Positions 12,484 to 24,829 of a stretch of 64,000 nucleotides of DNA are shown here, piece by piece (within the stretch, counting starts at the first letter, position 1; every line of letters begins with the position of its first letter). The DNA comes from Botryllus schlosseri. Taxonomy: Eukaryota. The stretch lies in NCBI GenBank assembly GCA_051294905.1, contig CM119377.1, positions 992,001 through 1,056,000 on the forward strand, read 5' to 3'. Position numbers and translations under genes: made by a program. The notes under the pieces are model-generated. The model saw nothing but the letters and a program-made list of their open reading frames with translations, had not been told where the DNA came from and did no database searches.

Positions 12484-13643
12484 AACAAGCGGGATTTGTT
12501 AAAAATATATCTTCAACAAATTCACCGATAACAAGCTTCAAGTTCAAACTGAATTCCAAAGTTTGTTTTGAATATCGAATGACATATTACTATCGTAGAT
12601 GTTGCTCCGCGTAAGCAAATTAGTACCGGTAGATGACTTCATAAATTTAGTGCGAATCCAAAATTGAAAGCAGCATACGCATTGATATAATAAGATTGTC
12701 AAATGTCGATATATGAATGCTCTTTCCTGGGATTACCATGTATAATTCACGTCAATTGATTATCAGACTGATACGTTATGACAATGGCGGATGAATATCT
12801 CGAAACGATGCACATCTGATAACGCAACACTAGCATTATTACGTCATATCGACTCTGACAATGGCGCTGTGATTCGAATGAGCAATAACATGCTTGGTTA
12901 CAAAGTTTTAGAAATTTGTCTATTTTGAATTTGAAGCCCCACATTTTGCATTTGAGTTTCGGAAAAAATCTAGGTCTGTGAGTGTATGGCGTTATGCGTT
13001 GTGTGAGCGAAAACAACATAGATTATAGAACATTCAATTCAATTTATTGCTGAAATTTTCATCTTTTCAATACACCACAAGGCTGCAAACATTCGCCGAT
13101 TACACCGTTAAGGGTGGTCAACCTGATCCTTCGCTGCCTGGTCGCGGATCAGAACGTACAATAGAAGTTGAAAAAGTTTGAAGTGAGACTGCGGCAACGG
13201 AGGCGACTCACTGCCGGGACTGGTGAACCTCGTTAATGATGACAGCGTGTGTGCTTTCTTACTGACCGCCTTTTATTTTCTTATTACGGCGTCTTCAGAA
13301 TAACGAAGAAAAAACATACAGAAAAAGATCCGCGACGATAAGCGAAGGAAGAGAATGAAAAGGAACGACGAAGCGTCAAAAGAAATGCAACTGACAGATT
13401 AAGACGCAACTATCGAATGTTGCACTGGGCATAATGTTAGATGTCAGATTGATAGACTATACACGTGGTCGATTCGGCACCCTCCTATCTATTCATTAGC
13501 TTGTATTGTACATTCGGTTTACTAGCACTTTTTATCAGTTCAATACAATACAATGCGATACAATGAAAAGATAGGAATTAGTAGTCACGTTCATCTTGAG
13601 CGCATGAAAATAGTGGCCCCAGGTGGGTGTCTGCTGCAAAATA

Positions 13644-13905
13644 CCGAGCGAGATAGTGTAATGGTTATGCGTCCGGCTTCTCGAGCGGTAGGTCGTGGGT
13701 TCAATCCCCGGCCGGGTCATACCAAAGACTCGAAAATTGCTATCCGCAGCTATCCTGCTAGGCGCTCAGCAATCACGGATAGCATGGAGGAGAAAAAAAA
13801 CGGGGGCGCAGACTAGATGACCTCATTGGGCCGTATCGCAACTCCGTCGTCAAAGCATCTCGACGGTGCAGGCGAAAAAGAATATTATCTCTCTCTCTCT
13901 CTCCT
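13644..13905 (+). mobile_element. tRNA-derived SINE, full copy
   Basis: Same A/B boxes, body and (CT)n tail as 577-848. Confidence 0.85.
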
Positions 13906-14040
13906 CCAAGTCGTTTCGACACTTTCCTATTTTTTCATTGTATCGCAGTCTTGTGGTGTATCGAAACTATGAAATTATTAATAATAAATTGATTGAATTG
14001 ATTACGGTCGTGGTATGTTTCCACGTCACAGGGACTAGAG

Positions 14041-15098
14041 CAGGGGTTCTCAAAGGGTGGGCCATGGCCCACTAGTGGGCCACAGGAGTAATTTGGGTGG
14101 GCCACAGAGCTATTTGGAAAATTGTACAATTCATGAAAGTTTAGTTTTTCTTTTGTTCATATATTTAAAAAAATAGATCGAATTATCGAATTTATCTATA
14201 TACATAAAGCTTTTCATTCGACTCTGATGAGACTTAGTGGTACGTATGGAGTCGCGAATGTACAAGTCGAAATGGGTGGGGATACGGCGGCTTTTATACC
14301 CCCAGCTCTCACAACCTCTGGCCTACAACAACGGAAACAATTTCGATTATATAATAACGGAAAGTTAATGCTGGGATAAATATCCAAGTATTCCGACTGG
14401 GTCATAATGGATTGAGGAGTTGGCACAGCACATTAATCTTCGGAGTCGGTCTAAAATTGTCCGGCCTTGAAATCATTGTACACAATATAAGAGTCACATG
14501 CATTGGTGGTATCATTGGATTTAATGTTATTACATCGTGACTTCAAAAGGTACAAGACATATGTTAGTTAGGACTACATTGTATTACTAGCATATTTAAA
14601 AAAATTCACTTCTCTTTAGTATCCCATTCATCAAAGAATTGTTTGAAGCGGGCCCAGAATGGGTATAGTATTCCCCACCAGAGTGGAATTAAACCCCCAA
14701 TCACACAGTGAATGCGGGGAACGGATCATTGGGTTTCGCGACTTGAGTGGAACAGAGGATGTATGCAAGAGTTATACGATATTGCATGGCCGTAACTTTC
14801 GCATCCCTAACCCACAATTGGGAGAGCTCTAAGTTGCTAATAATTGGTTGTCTGTTGGAGATTTATTTACCTTGAAATTTTTCGTCGCGCTTAGCGCGAT
14901 TTCAGGTTCCCTCAGATCAATAATTAAATATGAACACTAGTAATAAAAGAAACATCCGTATATTATAAAGAAATAGTCATATCGGCGGCGATAAGCCTAC
15001 CACACATTGAAATGCACCATGACTTGAAAAGAGGTGGGCCACAGAACAATTTCAAACCGGAAAATGGGCCACAGCCAAAAAATGGCTGAGAACCCCTG
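14041..15098. mobile_element. Non-autonomous hAT element (Buster/Charlie-like)
   Basis: TIR CAGGGGTTCTCA / TGAGAACCCCTG and perfect 8-bp TSD GACTAGAG (14033-14040, 15099-15106). Confidence 0.9.
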
Positions 15099-17013
15099 GA
15101 CTAGAGATACCGTATTGAAATAATGACGAAATGCTCCTGGCTCATTGTTCCAAATTTAATAGTTTTCTGTGTAGAGTTGTACAATGATCATTGATCAATG
15201 TGCATTGAACACCCAAACTTTTGTGCACACAATAGCCACATATAACACGGCTAGCTACGAATGGATATCACCACCATTACGCAGTTAGTTAGATTTGCAT
15301 TGTAATTGCCGTTTATTGGATTTGATAATCTGTTGCCAAATTGTTTTTTTTCCTAGAATTTGAACCGACAGCTCTGTACATTTATTCATCTTCTATTTAT
15401 CTTCTGTTTTCATTGTATTTCATTCTTTTGTTGCCTCTTTATTATTGTTGCCTGACTCTGTTTGTTGATCCAACTTACCACTGCTGTACCTGTACCTGGT
15501 TTTAATTTATTCTTGACGCGAGACTCTATTAAAAGACGATTTTGTACTCCATCGATGCTGCTGACTAGATGATCCCTAACGATCGTATCGCTGCAACCTG
15601 TATTTTATTTTTGAATGTAATTTTTACTCAATAAAAACTGTCTCTCTCCCATTAGCATACCACTCATCAGCCGCATGCCATGTTATGTTTCAAAAGTTGG
15701 CGACGGTAAAAGACCAGATCCACACCATACTTTCAATGATAATAGCTTACATTTATACTTCGGTCAGATCAAAACACCGGTAAAATTCGGGTACTGTGAA
15801 AAGATTGAAAATAGTCGAACCGGGTTTACAAGTTCGAATGAATCCACAGGGCTAATGTTACTTTTGTTTACTTTACTCTGTGACGTAGGTGTTCGTTTTC
15901 TAAATGCGCATTTGCATTTGCGCAAGGAAAGGAATTTGGGTATGGCTGTGGCCGTAACCTTTATAGCCCGTATAAGGGATGTGATTTTGTCAGCATACTG
16001 GTCATATTTTGCCTGAATGTCGATTATATTATATTTAAAACTTGTCATAGCGACAGTGTTGAGCATTATCGGGCAGTGCCAATGGAAACGTACAAGGTAT
16101 TCCTTTCATGACATATTGTTTACATCGTCATAAATCATTCAGATCTCTGAAACGAGACAGGCTGTAGTTGCGGAGTTTCGCCAGTGTTCGACATATCTTC
16201 CACGTGCGTAAATTGACGTGGCGTTCATATTTAATTCATTATATATTAATTCACTGTAGAAAGAATGGTGTTATTGGCACTTGACAGACTTGTACAAACG
16301 ATGGGACCAATCTCGTTAATTGACAGTCAGCTATGTACTGCGTTTTTCTTAGAGGTTCTAGTTAGAATTGTGGATTTTGAAAACGGAATAGTTCTAGTTT
16401 AGTACGTTATTTGAAACACAACAGTTGCCGAACAACTAAGAAATACGTATTGTCTTTTGACGTGAATCGTGATATACCGGTGTTCTGTTGTGTGCTAGCT
16501 CAAGAGACAAGAGTCATTACTACTAACAGTGGCGTAGTCAAGGATTTTTTACTCTCGTTTCAAACTCAAAACCCCGTCCTGTAGCCCACTGATGTTCATG
16601 CGAAAGCCGATACGATTCTGAACAAATAGAATTAAGGAGTTGCTTCAGAATCGATTTTGGTTGGTTGCGTTTTAATTTAGTTACTTGTGAAATTTTAAAG
16701 GTCAATGTTTTTTTTAGTTCTAGTTGCAACTTTTGAAAAGTGAGTAGCTCTATAGTTCTAGTAGTTTGCACATGTGCAAGCCTGGCTGTTGCCGTTAAAT
16801 TCAGACTGTTTTTGACGGCATGATTAGTCCAGTCCTGTATTATTTTTGCCTGTAGCCCAGTGCGGTATAGTTGTGATGGATTGATCATTGTCTGTCTATT
16901 GTTTGACTAAATTGTACATTCATGATTGTTAACAGTCAGCTCATACCTACATGTATAGTTGTATGTGAGATTTTGTGGAAAACAATTGGATTTCAGTGGC
17001 TTTTAGCCGTAAA

Positions 17014-19587
17014 ATGAGTGAAAAACATGACAATGCGGAATCCGTCAAGCAAAAGGAAGAGTATAAATTGATGTCATCATGGACTGGTATATCAAGTGGA
17101 CATAATGTACCGGATCATGGATGGAGAATCGCGTTGAGCCACAAATTTTCCGAAAAGAGAAGTCCATGGATGTCGCCGAAAATATCCCAAATGCCGGCGC
17201 TTGTAGGCTTAGCATTTCGCTACGTTCGTTTCCATCGCCGCTTGAAGAGAATCAACCGTCGTCCATGCATGGATTTCTTCGATCAACAACCCCTACGCCA
17301 AATCTATGGTGTCCCGGCTGGTGGTATTGGAGGAGGTTGCTTCAATCGTGGGTGGCGGGGTGAATTCTGTCGTTGGCAATTACGTCCCGGGATCTATGAA
17401 TTTGAAACAACTTCGGCCAATCAGTTTATAGTGTGCGTTCGACGTAACGGAGAGACTGTTTATCAAAACGTACTCAGCCCCAATTCTTGCCCTCAAAAAG
17501 GTCTTAAATCATGGAAATGGAATTTTCCAGCAAACAAAGCGTTTTATCACGCTCTCTATCCCCGCGCTTGGACCGTCTACGAAATCCCACATCTTGGCCT
17601 CATTTTAACTTGCCGTCAAATATCACCCGTTATACCCCACGAATACCAAGATTCAAGCATACCGGCTGTCATTTTCTCCTGGCATATTGAAAACACTTCG
17701 TATCACAATTTTCAAGTCACGATTGTTCTTGCCATGGAAAACGGAATCGGCACAAAAGCCGCTCGTTCAGCTAAAGGAAATTATAATGAAGAATTGAAGA
17801 CTGATAAAAACTGTACTGGCGTCACGATGCACAACACACACTTTGATAAAATGCCGTACACTATGACATTAGCTGGAAAAGAAGCTAACGCTCGGAAGGT
17901 AACGAAATGTTTATCGTTTGATCCGACATCCGACGGTTTGGCTTTATGGAATGATTTATACAAAGATGGAGAATTTGACTGTGCTGATGAAGTAAGCAAA
18001 AAAACCTTGCCAGGACAAGCGTTAGGTTGTGCTGTCGCTATTCAAAGCCCTGTGAAGGCAAAGAGCGCATCAGACGGTTTGGATTTTGTACTGGCATGGG
18101 ACATGCCAGTTGTGTACTTTGGATCGAAAGAGTCGCCCAGTTATCGACGTTACACGCGTTTCTTTGGTTCCGATGGTGACGCTGGTCGTAAAATCGCGAT
18201 TTACGCGTTAGAAAACTACGCAAAATGGGAGGAGCAAATCGAAATCTGGCAAAATCCGATATTATCGAACGCAGATTTGCCAAGCTGGTACAAATCTGCG
18301 TTGTTCAACGAGCTGTATTACGTCACAGACGGCGGAACGATATGGCTTGAAAGCTCAAAACCGGATGGCGGGTCCAAAAGAAAAAGCTCTTCGTCTGTTA
18401 CGGAGGAATATTTGCGAAATTCAAGCATTATTCAGGAATACGGCCGTTTCGCATATCTCGAAGGACAGGAGTACCGCATGTTCAACACATACGACGTTCA
18501 CTTTTACGCGTCCATCGCGCTTGCCCATCTCTGGCCAAACTTGGAACTAAGCCTTCAATACGATATCGCTGCTAGTATTCTACAAAGTGACGCGACACGG
18601 TTTCATTTCCTCATGGACGGAGACAGGGGGGTTGTTAAAACGCCAGGTGTCGTACCGCATGATGTTGGTGATCCCGAAGACGAACCGTGGAAGCGCGTTA
18701 ACGCATATTTTGTGCACGATACTGCTTCTTGGAAAGATTTGAACCCGAAATTTGTGTTACAAGTGTTCCGAGACTATTATATCACAAAGAATAAAGAATT
18801 TTTGACCGATATGTGGCCGGTTTGTTTAACAGTGATGGCCATGAGCATGAAACACGATACTGACGGTGATGGGTTAATTGAAAACAGTGGGACGGCCGAC
18901 CAGACTTTTGATGGGTGGAGTGTGACCGGTCCTAGTGCTTATTGTGGTGGTTTATGGCTCGGCGCTCTACGTTGTGTTTTGGAGGCAGGAAAAGTGATTG
19001 GACGCCAGCATGAAGCAGAAAAATACGTCGAAACTTTGACTTTAGCTACAAAATCATACCAAGATAAACTGTGGAACGGTGAATATTTCAACTATGACAG
19101 CAATCGACGTAGCAATCATAGTGACAGCATAATGGCGGACCAGTGTGCCGGGCAGTGGTATCTTTTAGCTTCAGATATCGCCGATGTTCTACCTCATGAG
19201 CAAATCGTCAGTTCGTTGAAAAAAGTGTATGAGTTTAACGTCTTAGCGTTTGCTGATGGAAAACGTGGAGCTGTAAATGGAATGAGACCGAGCGGAAAGG
19301 TCGACCAGTCCAGCGTACAATCTCATGAAGTATGGTGCGGCGTTACTTATGCGGTCGCAGCCACTATGATTCACAAGGGTATGGTGCACGAAGGATTTAT
19401 CACGGCGGAAGGGATGTATAGAAGCTGTTGGGAGGACTTGGGGATGGCTTTTCAGACTCCGGAAGCGATTTTGAAGCACAACCATTACAGGTCTCTGGCT
19501 TATATGCGGCCTCTCAGCATATGGGGAATGCAGTATGCTCTGGAGCACATTTCCGAGACCAGTGCTTGCACTGAAAAGAGTGATTGA
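17014..19587 (+). CDS. GBA2: Non-lysosomal glucosylceramidase (glycoside hydrolase family 116), single coding exon, 857 aa
   Basis: One uninterrupted ORF. The first ATG is at 17014; the track's GTG start at 16975 lies upstream of the splice acceptor at about 17006. Motifs GWRIALSH, YGVPAGGIGGG..RGWRGEFCRWQL, HALYPRAWTVY, LPSWYKSALFNELY, AYLEGQEYRMFNTYDVHFYAS (nucleophile Glu), ADQTFDGW (acid/base Asp) and YMRPLSIW match the GBA2 family. Confidence 0.96.
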   Translation: MSEKHDNAESVKQKEEYKLMSSWTGISSGHNVPDHGWRIALSHKFSEKRSPWMSPKISQMPALVGLAFRYVRFHRRLKRINRRPCMDFFDQQPLRQIYGVPAGGIGGGCFNRGWRGEFCRWQLRPGIYEFETTSANQFIVCVRRNGETVYQNVLSPNSCPQKGLKSWKWNFPANKAFYHALYPRAWTVYEIPHLGLILTCRQISPVIPHEYQDSSIPAVIFSWHIENTSYHNFQVTIVLAMENGIGTKAARSAKGNYNEELKTDKNCTGVTMHNTHFDKMPYTMTLAGKEANARKVTKCLSFDPTSDGLALWNDLYKDGEFDCADEVSKKTLPGQALGCAVAIQSPVKAKSASDGLDFVLAWDMPVVYFGSKESPSYRRYTRFFGSDGDAGRKIAIYALENYAKWEEQIEIWQNPILSNADLPSWYKSALFNELYYVTDGGTIWLESSKPDGGSKRKSSSSVTEEYLRNSSIIQEYGRFAYLEGQEYRMFNTYDVHFYASIALAHLWPNLELSLQYDIAASILQSDATRFHFLMDGDRGVVKTPGVVPHDVGDPEDEPWKRVNAYFVHDTASWKDLNPKFVLQVFRDYYITKNKEFLTDMWPVCLTVMAMSMKHDTDGDGLIENSGTADQTFDGWSVTGPSAYCGGLWLGALRCVLEAGKVIGRQHEAEKYVETLTLATKSYQDKLWNGEYFNYDSNRRSNHSDSIMADQCAGQWYLLASDIADVLPHEQIVSSLKKVYEFNVLAFADGKRGAVNGMRPSGKVDQSSVQSHEVWCGVTYAVAATMIHKGMVHEGFITAEGMYRSCWEDLGMAFQTPEAILKHNHYRSLAYMRPLSIWGMQYALEHISETSACTEKSD

Positions 19588-21942
19588 AGGTGCCTTCTGT
19601 GCGGTTTCTCTCTAGCACAAAGTTTACTTCTTGAAATTCAAATGGTTTAGTTTTCCAAATCTTGACTGTGTTGATTCGCTATTTTGCAAACCTTGGTCAT
19701 TTGTAGGGCGCCATTGGTATCTGATTTTTGAGCCGATATCGATAGAACTGAAAGCGTTCATCGGTATATTTGGCCGGTATTCAAAAATCTAGCAGTTATT
19801 TTAACAGGCTTAACGCCACTTCTATGTTTGGACATGAAATAATCTAGAACTGCTACATTTGGACACTTGTAAGCTACAAGAATTAGATCAATATTCTCAG
19901 TCTAGCAGCCGCCGATTATAGATCTTTCACTCCCTACTACCGTGTTGTGACGTCACCAAAATTGCCGATATTTTTATACCTTTAATGGCCGATATTTCTT
20001 TCAAAGCGAACCGGTAATTGGTCGGGCAATTTGGATATATTTCCTTATTTTGTCTATTCAGCAAAGCATTTCCATAAACAGTTATCATTTTAAGGAACAG
20101 GAAGAATGTAACTTCTGTACGCCAGAATTCATATATGGTTCTCTTTAGCAATGTGCAATGAAAACTAGATAGTTCTGTAATTATCAGTTTCTTCATGTCT
20201 TGAATGGAGATGGGCCAATCTTTTTGTTTTGATTTATCAGTTTGTGGTAATTGATCCTTGCGTCGCGTCATCCCTATTTTTTCGTAGCATTAGAAAATTT
20301 GATTTTAGTATCGACATGAAACTGCTGTGTGTTCGTGGCGTATATCTTTTTTAATCTGCTGACATGATTTCCGTGTTCATCTGGACCTGGCTTTTGTGAT
20401 TCATATAGCACTTCCCCTGCACTCATTGTCGTGTGATTAGTCAAAATGTTGTTCATGGTACCAAAAATGAAACTAGTGTTTCAACCCCGTTAACTATGTG
20501 GTTATATTGATTTGTTTCAGATGATACAATTTTGTACTACTTATATACTCAGACCGACTTGTGTATTCATATATATTTTTTTTGTTAGGGCCTACATGAT
20601 TCAATGGATGTGCTCTTATGTTGAGTTCAACAATAATTTGTTCAATGTTGATCACTGGTGGAGATAATAACTCCTTACCAAAATGGCATTTATTTTTCTA
20701 ATTTCACCCCAAAAACGGTTTTCACTAGACTAGACTATGGTTTGTAATTTGACAGTCAATCCTGTGATTCTCTTGAGGTTTTATGTTGTAGCCCTAACGC
20801 CATTGATATCCACCTTTGTTAAGACATATATTTCATTTTGTTTGTGAGACCGAATTGTATCGTTCAAATATCTAATTCAATTGTAGTTGTATGTCATCTG
20901 TGATGTTGTGTGCAATAATATCAATGCCTGTGACATATCAGTCTAGTAGCAAATTTCAAGATTTCACTCGTGGTGTGTAACAGTGTGATTTGAGTGTCAG
21001 TTATATTTCAAAAGTTGCTTTATATGATGAAGGCCTTTCAAAAAGGTAATGATCTTTATTAAGCAACTAAACCTACACAAATTTGTTGAAAACTGTCTAT
21101 TGACGTAAAGTCTAAATTCTTGGCGTCTGTAACAGAATGTATGTAAAATTACAGTGTTATTTGTTTTAGTACAATGAATATCCTGAGGTGGATTTCTTAC
21201 TCAAAGAGTTCCTGTATTTGCAATTCATGACACACTTGATACAAAGTGAAGAATATGCTGTATTTAAATATATGTAATCGGTACCGTGTTGCTGGCATAT
21301 TCCTTTTATTGTCTTTAGGATCAAATGGTCTCATGTTAGTAGTGCATTTATTGGCAAAGTGAGGTTTACACATACACACTCAAGAGGGATCTACCATATT
21401 GACTTGAAACTGCGTCTTGTCATAAAGATGGCGGTGCAATGTGGACGTCTCGAGAGCTGAATCCACAGAGTCGTATAAAACCCTGCGAAAAGTCAACAAG
21501 CGGTCTTGCTTAGCAACTGAGCTACGTTCGGTTATCTCTCTAGTTATTTTTTACAGTTTTCTTAGGATTCACGCCCTTCATGAAGATTGTTGTTGACAAT
21601 TTTAAGTGAATGTATAACTGGTTGTTCGTTCGGTTCGGGTTTCTAATAGTTCCAATGATTCAAAACGCGACAAGATTGCAATAAAATGAAAGGACGGAGA
21701 AGGAGTCGAAACGAGTAGCCTAAGCATTTAAAACACCCTCCTAGTCGTGCAAAAGTGAGCGTGCACGCTGGATTGAAGGTGGCAGAAGATGATATCAAGG
21801 AGACGTGATGAAAATAATGGGCACTTGCCGACGTTATACGGGTCTCCCAGACAGCAGAATTACGTATTGTTCAATTCCGCTTACTCGTGTCGATCGCGTT
21901 TCACGTAAAAGTAAATTACTACGTGAAGCACTTACTCTAGAT

Positions 21943-22510
21943 CAGTGGTTCCCTACGTTTTTGTCTTCGCGGACCCCCACTTCTAGTTCAAATCTAGCTC
22001 CGTTATCGTGCAGCCGTCATCTGTCTTGTGCAAATATTAACTGTAGGCTACTGATAAATAGCAACAAAATGACTTTTCTTGAAAATATCATCATATACTA
22101 TTCCTGTCGAAATTGGGAATACTTTTAATATTTCGAAGTGATCGAATTTTGTGGATGTGGTCACAACAGAAATGGGACGAAAATTGAGAATCAGATTTTC
22201 AATCCACTTGGACATATAACGCCCAGTCTAAATATTTCTATCTAGAAGCCCACCCCGAAGTTATTCTGCAATAGCAGGGTAGCCTATATCCCCATCAGAA
22301 AATGGGTTTTTGCAATGGAATCTTTTATAGCACCCCAACAAAACATATCTGAAAAGCAGATGTTTGTATCAGTAGGCTAATGGCAAAGAATGCGTTTGCG
22401 CAATGCACAGTATCGATATTTCATCTCAGACGACCATTCTGCTTAAGCGAGTCCTGACAAAATCACAAATCATGTTAACAGCCAGTTTGGAAGTTTCGCG
22501 AACCCCCAGT
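21943..22510 (+). mobile_element. hAT-type MITE, right end degraded
   Basis: Starts CAGTGGTTCCC. Its internal sequence matches the element starting at 63866. Confidence 0.6.
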
Positions 22511-22539
22511 TGAGATATCGATATTGATCTAGATTCCAG

Positions 22540-23006
22540 GCAGTAAAAGCGCACAAGTACAACACGCGCGTCCACGTCGTCCAAATATCATATGATCGAC
22601 CAAAAAGATCATCGCTCCATCAAATATGCCGGACCTGATGTGTGGAACTGTATCCCGCCTGCCATCCGACAGTCGACGAGCATGTCCACATTCAAGTCGA
22701 AATACAAGCAATTACTACTAAATAAATACAGTCCATCCTCAAGATTACCGGACCACGACTGACCTATCGATCTCGCTTCCCATGACATGCCGCCCTATTT
22801 CTTGTCGCATTCTTTTTCCAAACTATCTTCTTTACTTTCATTCAGTGTGCATGCCTCCTCTTTACATCGCCTAGGCCAAGGTGGGTGTCAGATTCCATAG
22901 ACTACTCCTTGTCGCTTCGACATCTTCCTGTCTTTTCATTGTATCGCATTTTTGTGGTGTATTGAACTGATAAAATTGCTAATAAACCAATGATGATGAT
23001 GATGAT
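22540..23006 (+). mobile_element. 5'-truncated LINE (L2/CR1 group): ORF2 C-terminus, 3' UTR and (GAT)n tail
   Basis: Translates to HKYNTR..HRSIKYAGPDVWNCIPPAIRQSTSMSTFKSKYKQLLL, a typical ORF2 C-terminus, and ends in a microsatellite. Confidence 0.85.
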
Positions 23007-23479
23007 GGTACACAACCTTATCCTATTCTGTAGATTATTCATGCCGTCAGATTACTAAAAATATGTAGGCCAACACTGCTGTCGGCTACACCCCCAGACT
23101 AAAAGCATCCCAAAGGCCCCCGATAACGTTCAGCGATACTAGGAATGTACCGTTCTTTTGCAATTGCGAATACAGTTTGATTTATTTCTGTAAAGGAAGC
23201 GTGATCTGATCACGTAACGTCGATTCTTAGATCCCTTCATTTGCTTCCCATAGAATATAGGTCTGAATACAAGCTTGTGTGTTTTCAAATGCATGGAGGG
23301 AAGTGCGCACCAGGTATCTGCTCAGAGTCAAGTGTACCTGTTTGATGCTGGTGTGATCAGACTAGATGACCTTCACGGTCTTATCGATCATTCCTATCTA
23401 ATACCGAATACTGTGCACGCATATTTTCTGTACCACCATCACTGCCGTTTGTTATGTATTTTGGCTCGATGAAAATAAA

Positions 23480-23878
23480 GACTCATCTCTCTCTCTCTCT
23501 CTGCGTGAGCTCGTTACAATCTACAACCCCAGAAGGGCGTTACGTTCTCAGTCGCAGAAACTCCTGTCAGATCCAAGAGTCAAAACATCGACATTCGAGA
23601 GTAACCATTTCTTCCTCGGCTGCCATTCTGTGGAACAATCTTCAGTATCTTCCAGCTTCTAGCAGATTATCTCACTCGCTACATGTTATCAAGCGCAAAA
23701 TCAAAACCGTTTTATTCACACGAACGTTCCACTACAGTAGTGTTTATTATGCCCTACAATTATGCACTCCGTCTTTTATCGTTTATAGGCCTACTTTTAT
23801 ATTTTATTGCCTCTTGTGTACAGCGCCCTAGTGTAATGAAATATTGTTATATTCGGCGGTTTACAAATTATTATTAAA
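23480..23878 (+). mobile_element. 5'-truncated LINE, second family
   Basis: YVLSRRN..SAAILWNNLQ..SLHVIKRKIKTVLF resembles a CR1/L2 ORF2 end, followed by an (ATT)n-like tail. Confidence 0.7.
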
Positions 23879-23963
23879 TGACTTATACATACACAAAACT
23901 AGGGCTTGCTGCAGTTTCGAACGCGCTCTTTCCCTCCCCTACCCTGCCCGAGTAGGCCTATTA

Positions 23964-24486
23964 CCCGAGCAATCAAGTTAGTGTAATGGTGATGCGTCCG
24001 GCTTCTCGATCGGTAGGTCGTGGGTTCGATCCCCGGCCGGGTCATACATACCAAAGACTAGAAAACTGGTATCCGCCGCTATCATGCTAGGCCATTGGTT
24101 CTCAAACTTTTTTGAACATGCCCCCCCCCCTTTATGATAGTAAAATATTTCGTCCCCCCCCCCCCCCCCTTATCGGCCTATGAAAAAATGCAACCATGCA
24201 AAATGCTAGCGATCCTAACGCATAGTTTGATGCCATGGAACGCAGCAATAATTATGGATTGCAGCAAAAAAATTTTGCTGTCGACCGAAGTTTCGCGCCC
24301 TCCCCCGGTTACTTTCACGCCCCAGAGGGGCGCGTCTCCAGTTTGAGAACCACTGTGATAGGTGCTCAGCAACCACGGATAGCATGGAGGGGCTGCAGAC
24401 TTGACCTTGCAGTCGAACCGCATCTCCGTCGTCAAAGCATCTCGATGGTGTAGGCGAAATGGAATATCATCTCTCTCTCTCTCTCT
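23964..24486 (+). mobile_element. tRNA-derived SINE interrupted by a hAT MITE (24093-24355)
   Basis: The SINE body resumes exactly after the MITE. TIR CA(T/G)TGGTTCTCAAACT; TSD TGCTAGGC/TGATAGGT. Confidence 0.88.
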
Positions 24487-24829
24487 GCAGAGAAGGAACT
24501 GTCAGACAAATCCTATCATGGGTTACCATATTTCGAGATCCTAAAAAGAGGGCACTTTTCATAAATTCCTAATAAAGCTCCAGCATCGGATAAGAAAACT
24601 GGTGATCTTGAAAAATTTTCCACCAATAGTAGGCCTACTGTGTTGACTAAAATAAAGCCATCACTTTGGCTCTATAAGCGATTTACCCTACTCTGGAGCT
24701 TCGGATTTCTATTTTAACGAGCTTCAAGCTAGATAGCATTGCGTACGGTCACACTCGAATTACTATAAGAATTTAATTTATATATTGAACATAATACAAA
24801 AATAAACACATAGCAACTCATGGGCGGAG

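Noticed and set aside
13905-14005. SINE sharing its 3' end with the LINE family
   Set aside because: The LINE-like tail follows only this SINE copy. The copies at 577 and 23964 end at (TC)n, so it is a separate short insertion.
12484-16970. RFX X-box or FoxJ1 sites for the dynein promoter
   Set aside because: Only partial matches (e.g. gttgccgaacaac at about 16424, inside a repeat); not supportable.
16975-17013. GTG-initiated 13-aa extension of GBA2
   Set aside because: It lies mostly upstream of a splice acceptor, and a eukaryotic ATG at 17014 gives a normal start.
19927-20456. Two adjacent minus-strand ORFs
   Set aside because: No recognisable motifs or consistent splice structure; probably antisense to the GBA2 3' UTR.
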